A stretch of 51,875 bases of DNA, from NCBI GenBank assembly GCA_032718475.1, contig JAUCBJ010003666.1, positions 1 to 51,875 of the forward strand, read 5' to 3'. Below the pieces are notes generated by a model. The model saw only the letters and a list, made by a program, of their open reading frames with translations, was not told where the DNA came from and searched no databases. The position numbers and the translations under genes were made by a program. Origin of the DNA: Nemertoderma westbladi (taxonomy: Eukaryota > Animalia > Xenacoelomorpha). Each line of letters starts with the position of its first letter. Position 1 is the first letter of the stretch. Below, piece after piece: positions 43,550 through 51,875 of this stretch.

Positions 43550-44650
43550 TGCTAAGTGATCCTATGTGGGGCGAGCGACGAAAGTAAGCGAGCTTAGCAT
43601 ACAGGTACCACTAACTCAATCGGTGTGTCGTTTGCTCTGTTGATCTGTTGTTCTGTTGTGTCCAATTCTAAACGTTAATAACTCAGCCAAATGTTAATGA
43701 AATTTAACCAAACTTGGTACACATGTAGTCTGGCAAAAGTTTAGAAATTTAACCAAACTTGGTACACATGTAGTCTGGCAAAAGTTTAGAAATTTAACCA
43801 AACTTGGTACACATGTAGTCTGGCAAAATTTAAGAAATTTAACCAAACTTGGTACACATGTGTCTGGCCAAAGTTTAGAAATTTACCAAACTTGGTACAC
43901 ATGTCTCTGGCAAAAGTTTAGAGATTTAACCAAACTTGGTACACATGTAGTCTGGCAAAAGTTTAGAAATTTAACCAAACTTGGTACACATGTAGTCTGG
44001 CAAAAGTTTAGAAATTTAACCAAACTTGGTACACATGTAGCCTGGCAAAAGTTTAGAAATTTAACCAAACTTGGTACACATGTAGTCTGGCAAAATTTAA
44101 GAAATTTAACCAAACTTGGTACACATGTGTCTGGCCAAAGTTTAGAAATTTACCAAACTTGGTACACATGTCTCTGGCCAAAGTTTAGAAATTTAACCAA
44201 ACTTGGTACACATGTAGTCTGGCAAAAGTTTAGAAATTTAACCAAACTTGGCACACATGTGTCTGGCCAAAGTTTAGAAATTTACCAAACTTGGTACACA
44301 TGTCTCTGGCCAAAGTTTAGAAATTTAACCAAACTTGGTACACATGTAGTCTGGCAAAAGTTTAGAAATTTAACCAAACTTGGCACACATGTGTCTGGCC
44401 AAAGTTTAGAAATTTAACCAAACTTGGTACACATGTAGTCTGGCAAAAGTTTAGAAATTTAACCAAACTTGGCACACATGTGTCTGGCCAAAGTTTAGAA
44501 ATTTAACCAAACTTGGTACACATGTAGTCCGGCAAAAGTTTAGAAATTTAACCAAACTTGGTACACATTTAGTCCGGCAAAAGTTTAGAAATTTTCCAAG
44601 TTGAGTTTCCGTGTGGCCTTCGAGAAGCTAAGATAATAGCAGTTAATTAG
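43550..44650. mobile_element. Probable non-autonomous Helentron/HINE-like element carrying a central tandem array (boundaries approximate)
   Basis: It has a left inverted pair TGCTAAG (43550-43556)/CTTAGCA (43593-43599), a CTGTTG microsatellite-like run (~43637-43660) and a central 45-bp array. AACTCAA (43613-43619) and TTGAGTT (44601-44607) form an inverted pair, and short palindromes (CTTC-GA-GAAG, GCTA-N6-TAGC) lie at ~44618-44640. The order matches DINE-1/HINE architecture. Family not confirmed. Confidence 0.45.
43699..44598. repeat. 45-bp minisatellite (~20 units, with 43/44-bp variants)
   Basis: Unit GAAATTTAACCAAACTTGGTACACATGTAGTCTGGCAAAAGTTTA, containing the internal palindromes ACCAA-AC-TTGGT and ACATGT. 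Confidence 0.97.
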
Positions 44651-45510
44651 TTAATTAAGTTTATTAGGGTAAAGTCAGCAATTTCCACCTGCCTCTTAAA
44701 GGATATTAATTATTTTCTAGTATAAGATTTAAATAATTATACTTCAAAATTATATAACTGCATTCCCAATACCCCATTCCATTATAGTTTTAAATTAGTT
44801 CAAGAGATTTGCTTTAAGAAATGTGTTTTTAATTGATCTAAATGTAATTAAGTTATCAAAATTCCACCGTATCTCTATACGTCCAGCTCCCTCATTCATT
44901 GACATGCTTGATATTGCCTAGCCTATCTGCTGGCGCTGGGAACCATAGTCCAACCACCTCAGCACTACTTGGCAACGGGTAATTACATCAATATAACATA
45001 GCCACTACAGTAGTGTAAGGTACCAGACTAATAAGTCAACTTGCTTTATCTGCCTTTCATTAATCCTCTGTGCTCCTTTGGGTTGGGGTGGTGCAGATTA
45101 AGAGGGCGGTTGAAGCAAGGGGGATCTTTCTTCTCTTCTTTGATTTATTTTTATTGGTTTTGGTTAAATTTTATTAATTATTTATTTAAATTTCTTAAGT
45201 ACCGATTTTGGGATAGAATTGCTCAATTTCAATCTGTATCTAATAACTGAGCCTCGTTATGCGCGATGGCCCCCACGAACATGTTCCTAATTGGCCAGAG
45301 AAAACTACAGATGTAATTAATTTGTTAGAAATGTTTGTTGATTTGGGGTCAATTATAGTTCTAGAATATTGCCTAATTCTTGTTAGTCTATCGATTAATT
45401 GTTAAAGGCCTCCACGGATTATTTTTCCGTATGGATGTCCAATAAGGTTGAAGTTTATACAGCTATATAGTAATTAATATTGTAGTCAGAACAAAAAGTC
45501 AGACAAAATA

Positions 45511-45752
45511 GGGTCAGAGTAAAACGCGGATCCGGATCCGGATCCGGATTCTACATTTAACATTGTCCCTACGGAAGTCGATATTTTTTTACATTTTTAT
45601 AACTCCCAAAAATAAAACTATAACCTGTTCTATTGACTTTAGTTTATTGTTTTGGTTAAAATAACGTGCCACTGTAACCTGCTCCTTTCCATTAATTCAT
45701 AATTTTGGAATATTTTGGAATCCGGATCCGGATCCGCGTTTTACACCTACCC
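45511..45752. mobile_element. 242-bp MITE with ~33-bp TIRs and a 9-bp TSD (Mutator/MULE-like by TSD length)
   Basis: The left end GGGTCAGAGTAAAACGCGGATCCGGATCCGGAT differs at 3 positions from the reverse complement of the right end, GGGTAGGTGTAAAACGCGGATCCGGATCCGGAT. GACAAAATA is duplicated at 45502-45510 and 45753-45761. The interior is AT-rich and non-coding. Confidence 0.9.
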
Positions 45753-45862
45753 GACAAAATACCCCTTTTTTACATCTCTTAAAATAATAAATGTGTATAA
45801 ATATATTTATGTTGCAGATTAATGTACTATACCTGCACAATGACTAACTCAATCTTCTTTAG

Positions 45863-45982
45863 CCATACAGGAGGGCACTGATGTTACCTGCCAGGGAAAT
45901 GAGATTAATCATATAGACTAACAGGTCTGTGGTTATGGACGTCGACTTTGTACCAGCAAGGTCCAATACTAGGATAGATGCG
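45863..45982 (+). other. Exon-like 120-bp segment (UTR exon or pseudo-exon)
   Basis: Branch-point-like TGACTAAC (45841-45848), acceptor TCTTCTTTAG (ends 45862) and donor G/GTAAGG (45983); GC content is higher than the flanks. All three frames contain a stop, and frame 0 has only one. Confidence 0.35.
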
Positions 45983-46112
45983 GTAAGGGACTCTTGTCAA
46001 TGTAGATTTATATATGTGTCGCAAGAATGAGAATTTATATCATTCCGAGGCACCATTTTGTGCTCTTGAAACTGGTTTATTTTAGTGCATGTTACTACTG
46101 TGGTTGGTTACT

Positions 46113-49100
46113 GGACTGTCCCAATATTACAGGTTGTACATGTAGGACTGTCGAAACTATTACAGGTTGTACATCCAGGACTGTCGAAACTATTACAGGT
46201 TGTACATGTAGGACTGTCGAAACTATTACAGGTTGTACAAGCAGGACTGTCGAAACTATTACTGGTTGTACATCCAGGACTGTCGAAACTATTACTGGTT
46301 GTACATCCAGGACTGTCGAAACTATTACAGGTTGTACATGTAGGACTGTCGAAACTATTACAGGTTGTACAAGCAGGACTGTCGAAACTATTACTGGTTG
46401 TACATCCAGGACTGTCGAAACTATTACAGGTTGTACATGCCGGACTGTCGAAACTATTACTGGTTGTACATCCAGGACTGTCGAAACTATTACAGGTTGT
46501 ACATGTAGGACTGTCGAAACTATTACAGGTTGTACAAGCAGGACTGTCGAAACTATTACAGGTTGTACATCCAGGACTGTCGAAACTATTACAGGTTGTA
46601 CATGCCGGACTGTCGAAACTATTACTGGTTGTACATCCAGGACTGTCGAAACTATTACAGGTTGTACATCCAGGACTGTCGAAACTATTACAGGTTGTAC
46701 ATGTAGGACTGTCGAAACTATTACAGGTTGTACAAGCAGGACTGTCGAAACTATTACTGGTTGTACATGCCGGACTGTCTTAACTATTACAGGTTGTACA
46801 TCCAGGACTGTCGAAACTATTACAGGTTGTACATGTAGGACTGTCAAAACTATTACTGGTTGTACATGCAGGACTGTCGAAACTATTACAGGTTGTACAT
46901 GTAGGACTGTCGAAACTATTACAGGTTGTACATGTAGGACTGTCGAAACTATTACAGGTTGTACATGTAGGACTGTCGAAACTATTACTGCTTGTACATG
47001 CAGGACTGTCTTAACTATTACTGGTTGTACATCCAGGACTGTCTTAACTATTACAGGTTGTACATGTAGGACTGTCGAAACTATTACAGGTTGTACATGT
47101 AGGACTGTCAAAACTATTACTGGTTGTACATCCAGGACTGTCGAAACTATTACAGGTTGTACATGTAGGACTGTCGAAACTATTACAGGTTGTACATGTA
47201 GGACTGTCAAAACTATTACTGGTTGTACATCCAGGACTGTCTTAACTATTACTGGTTGTACATGCAGGACTGTCGAAACTATTACAGGTTGTACATGTAG
47301 GACTGTCGAAACTATTACAGGTTGTACATGTAGGACTGTCAAAACTATTACTGGTTGTACATGCCGGACTGTCTTAACTATTACAGGTTGTACATGTAGG
47401 ACTGTCGAAACTATTACTGGTTGTACATGTAGGACTGTCAAAACTATTACAGGTTGTACATGTAGGACTGTCGAAACTATTACTGGTTGTACATGCCGGA
47501 CTGTCTTAACTATTACAGGTTGTACATGTAGGACTGTCGAAACTATTACTGGTTGTACATGTAGGACTGTCAAAACTATTACATGTTGTACATGTAGGAC
47601 TGTCGAAACTATTACTGGTTGTACATGCCGGACTGTCGAAACTATTACAGGCTGTACATGCCGGACTGTCTTAACTATTACAGGTTGTACATGTAGGACT
47701 GTCGAAACTATTACTGGTTGTACATGTAGGACTGTCGAAACTATTACAGGCTGTACATGCCGGACTGTCTTAACTATTACAGGTTGTACATGTAGGACTG
47801 TCGAAACTATTACTGGTTGTACATGTAGGACTGTCAAAACTATTACAGGTTGTACATGTAGGACTGTCAAAACTATTACTGGTTGTACATGCCGGACTGT
47901 CTTAACTATTACAGGTTGTACATGTAGGACTGTCGAAACTATTACTGGTTGTACATCCAGGACTGTCGAAACTATTACAGGTTGTACATGTAGGACTGTC
48001 GAAACTATTACAGGTTGTACATCCAGGACTGTCGAAACTATTACAGGTTGTACATGTAGGACTGTCAAAACTATTACTGGTTGTACATGCCGGACTGTCT
48101 TAACTATTACAGGTTGTACATGTAGGACTGTCGAAACTATTACTGGTTGTACATCCAGGACTGTCGAAACTATTACAGGTTGTACATGTAGGACTGTCAA
48201 AACTATTACTGGTTGTACATGCAGGACTGTCGAAAATATTACATGTTGTACATGCAGGACTGTCTAAACTATTACAGATTGTACATCCAGGACTGTCTAA
48301 ACTATTACTGGTTGTACATCCAGGACTGTCGAAACTATTACAGGTTGTACATGTAGGACTGTCGAAACTATTACAGGTTGTACATCCAGGACTGTCGAAA
48401 CTATTACAGGTTGTACATGTAGGACTGTCAAAACTATTACTGGTTGTACATGCCGGACTGTCTTAACTATTACAGGTTGTACATGTAGGACTGTCGAAAC
48501 TATTACTGGTTGTACATCCAGGACTGTCGAAACTATTACAGGTTGTACATGTAGGACTGTCAAAACTATTACTGGTTGTACATGCAGGACTGTCGAAAAT
48601 ATTACATGTTGTACATGCAGGACTGTCGAAACTATTACAGATTGTACATCCAGGACTGTCTAAACTATTACTGGTTGTACATCCAGGACTGTCGAAACTA
48701 TTACAGGTTGTACATGTAGGACTGTCGAAACTATTACTGGTTGTACATCCAGGACTGTCGAAACTATTACAGGTTGTACATGTAGGACTGTCGAAACTAT
48801 TACAGGTTGTACATCCAGGACTGTCGAAACTATTACAGGTTGTACATGTAGGACTGTCAAAACTATTACTGGTTGTACATGCCGGACTGTCTTAACTATT
48901 ACAGGTTGTACATGTAGGACTGTCGAAACTATTACTGGTTGTACATCCAGGACTGTCGAAACTATTACAGGTTGTACATGTAGGACTGTCAAAACTATTA
49001 CTGGTTGTACATGCAGGACTGTCGAAACTATTACATGTTGTACATGCAGGACTGTCGAAACTATTACAGATTGTACATCCAGGACTGTCTAAACTATTAC

Positions 49101-51875
49101 TGGTTGTACATCCAGGACTGTCGAAACTATTACAGGTTGTACATGCCGGACTGTCTTAACTATTACTGGTTGTACATGCCGGACTGTCTTAACTATTACT
49201 GGTTGTACATGCCGGACTGTCTTAACTATTACTGGTTGTACATGCAGGACTGTCTTAACTATTACTGGTTGTACATGCAGGACTGTCTAAACTATTACAG
49301 GTTGTACATGTAGGACTGTCGAAACTATTACTGGTTGTACATGCAGGACTGTCGAAACTATTACAGGTTGTACATGTAGGACTGTCGAAACTATTACTGG
49401 TTGTACATGCAGGACTGTCGAAACTATTACTGGTTGTACATGCAGGACTGTCGAAACTATTACAGGTTGTACATGCAGGACTGTCGTAACTATTACAGGT
49501 TGTACATGCAGGACTGTCTTAACTATTACTGGTTGTACATGCAGGACTGTCTAAACTATTACTGGTTGTACATGCAGGACTGTCTAAACTATTACTGGTT
49601 GTACATGCAGGACTGTCTTAACTATTACAGGTTGTACATGCAGGACTGTCTTAACTATTACAGGTTGTACATGCAGGACTGTCTAAACTATTACAGGTTG
49701 TACATGCAGGACTGTCTAAACTATTACAGGTTGTACATGCAGGACTGTCTAAACTATTACAGGTTGTACATGCAGGACTGTCTTAACTATTACAGGTTGT
49801 ACATGCAGGACTGTCTAAACTATTACAGGTTGTACATGCAGGACTGTCTAAACTATTACAGGTTGTACATGCAGGACTGTCTTAACTATTACAGGTTGTA
49901 CATGCAGGACTGTCTTAACTATTACAGGTTGTACATGCAGGACTGTCTAAACTATTACAGGTTGTACATGCAGGACTGTCTTAACTATTACTGGTTGTAC
50001 ATGCAGGACTGTCTAAACTATTACAGGTTGTACATGCAGGACTGTCTTAACTATTACTGGTTGTACATCCAGGACTGTCTTAACTATTACTGGTTGTACA
50101 TGCAGGACTGTCTTAACTATTACAGGTTGTACATGCAGGACTGTCTAAACTATTACAGGTTGTACATGCAGGACTGTCTAAACTATTACAGGTTGTACAT
50201 GCAGGACTGTCTAAACTATTACAGGTTGTACATGCAGGACTGTCTTAACTATTACAGGTTGTACATGCAGGACTGTCTTAACTATTACAGGTTGTACATG
50301 CAGGACTGTCTTAACTATTACAGGTTGTACATGCAGGACTGTCGAAACTATTACTGGTTGTACATGCAGGACTGTCGAAACTATTACAGGTTGTACATGC
50401 CGGACTGTCTAAACTATTACAGGTTGTACATGCAGGACTGTCTTAACTATTACAGGTTGTACATGCAGGACTGTCTAAACTATTACAGGTTGTACATGCA
50501 GGACTGTCTAAACTATTACAGGTTGTACATGCAGGACTGTCTTAACTATTACAGGTTGTACATGCAGGACTGTCTTAACTATTACAGGTTGTACACATGC
50601 AGGACTGTCTTAACTATTACTGGTTGTACATGCAGGACTGTCGAAACTATTACATGTTGTACATGCAGGACTGTCTTAACTATTACTGGTTGTACATCCA
50701 GGACTGTCTTAACTATTACTGGTTGTACATGACGGACTGTCGAAACTATTACAGATTGTACATGTAGGACTGTCTTAACTATTACTGGTTGTACATGCAG
50801 GACTGTCGAAACTATTACATGTTGTACATGCAGGACTGTCTTAACTATTACATGTTGTACATGCAGGACTGTCTTAACTATTACAGGTTGTACATGCCGG
50901 ACTGTCGAAACTATTACAGATTGTACATGTAGGACTGTCGAAACTATTACATGTTGTACATGCAGGACTGTCTTAACTATTACTGGTTGTACATGCAGGA
51001 CTGTCTTAACTATTACTGGTTGTACATGCAGGACTGTCGAAACTATTACATGTTGTACATGCAGGACTGTCTTAACTATTACTGGTTGTACATCCAGGAC
51101 TGTCTTAACTATTACAGGTTGTACATGCCGGACTGTCGAAACTATTACAGATTGTACATGTAGGACTGTCGAAACTATTACTGGTTGTACATGCAGGACT
51201 GTCGAAACTATTACAGGTTGTACATGTAGGACTGTCGAAACTATTACAGGTTGTACATGCAGGACTGTCGAAACTATTACAGGTTGTACATGTAGGACTG
51301 TCGAAACTATTACAGGTTGTACATCCAGGACTGTCTTAACTATTACAGGTTGTACATGCCGGACTGTCGAAACTATTACAAATTGTACATGTAGGACTGT
51401 CGAAACTATTACTGGTTGTACATGCAGGACTGTCGAAACTATTACAGGTTGTACATGTAGGACTGTCGAAACTATTACAGGTTGTACATGCAGGACTGTC
51501 TTAACTATTACAGGTTGTACATGTAGGACTGTCGAAACTATTACTGGTTGTACATGCAGGACTGTCGAAACTATTACAGGTTGTACATGTAGGACTGTCG
51601 AAACTATTACAGGTTGTACATGCAGGACTGTCGAAACTATTACTGGTTGTACATGCAGGACTGTCTTAACTATTACAGGTTGTACATGCAGGACTGTCTT
51701 AACTATTACTGGTTGTACATGCAGGACTGTCTTAACTATTACTGGTTGTACATGTAGGACTGTCTTAACTATTACTGGTTGTACATGCCGGACTGTCGAA
51801 ACTATTACAGATTGTACATGTAGGACTGTCGAAACTATAACAGGTTGTACATGCAGGACTGTCGAAACTATTACT
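46113..51875. repeat. 33-bp satellite array 2 (same family and orientation, roughly 175 units, continues past the window end)
   Basis: Same consensus as array 1, with a degenerate lead-in at ~46092-46125 and private variants TACAAGCAGG and CTGTCAAAAC. Confidence 0.99.

Noticed and set aside
44922-44978. Second exon-like segment (AG...YLLALGTIVQPPQHYLAT...GTAATT)
   Set aside because: Poor polypyrimidine tract, weak donor, and too short to distinguish from chance.
43860-45250. ORFs 43860..44417, 43883..44113 and 45041..45250
   Set aside because: The first two are translations of the 45-bp minisatellite. The third is a TTG-started, low-complexity T-rich frame with no recognisable motif.
2851-51163. 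Dozens of long ORFs (TCRTVETITGC, VVHAGLSKLLQ, LYMQDCRNYYW and VQPVIVSTVLH repeats)
   Set aside because: A 33-bp unit gives open frames in several phases on both strands. Starts and stops coincide with satellite point variants and indels, and there is no unique flanking domain.

Overview
Eukaryotic-looking window (probably an invertebrate animal; inferred from the repeat types) with no convincing host protein-coding gene. About 92% is one 33-bp tandem repeat family (consensus GGACTGTCGAAACTATTACWGGTTGTACATGYA) in two same-orientation arrays: about 1108-43444 (roughly 1260 units) and about 46113 to the window end (roughly 175 units). Nearly all ORFs in the supplied track are by-products of the 33-bp (11-codon) period. 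The non-satellite features are: (i) a 625-bp 5'-truncated RTE-clade LINE in the big array, with an unbroken reading frame, a (TAG)n tail and a 14-bp target-site duplication (TSD); (ii) a 45-bp minisatellite inside a probable non-autonomous Helentron/HINE-like element; (iii) a 242-bp MITE with ~33-bp terminal inverted repeats (TIRs) and a perfect 9-bp TSD; (iv) an isolated exon-like 120-bp segment; and (v) the most interesting part, a GC-rich block at 1-805 built from two interleaved modules. On the minus strand these modules fold by eye like structured RNA: five copies of a kink-turn hairpin (cUUCGg-capped in three) with compensatory changes, and three copies of a GAAA-tetraloop hairpin, downstream of a TATA/Inr-like spacing. 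I do not recognise this block as a known RNA family, and it runs off the left edge of the window.
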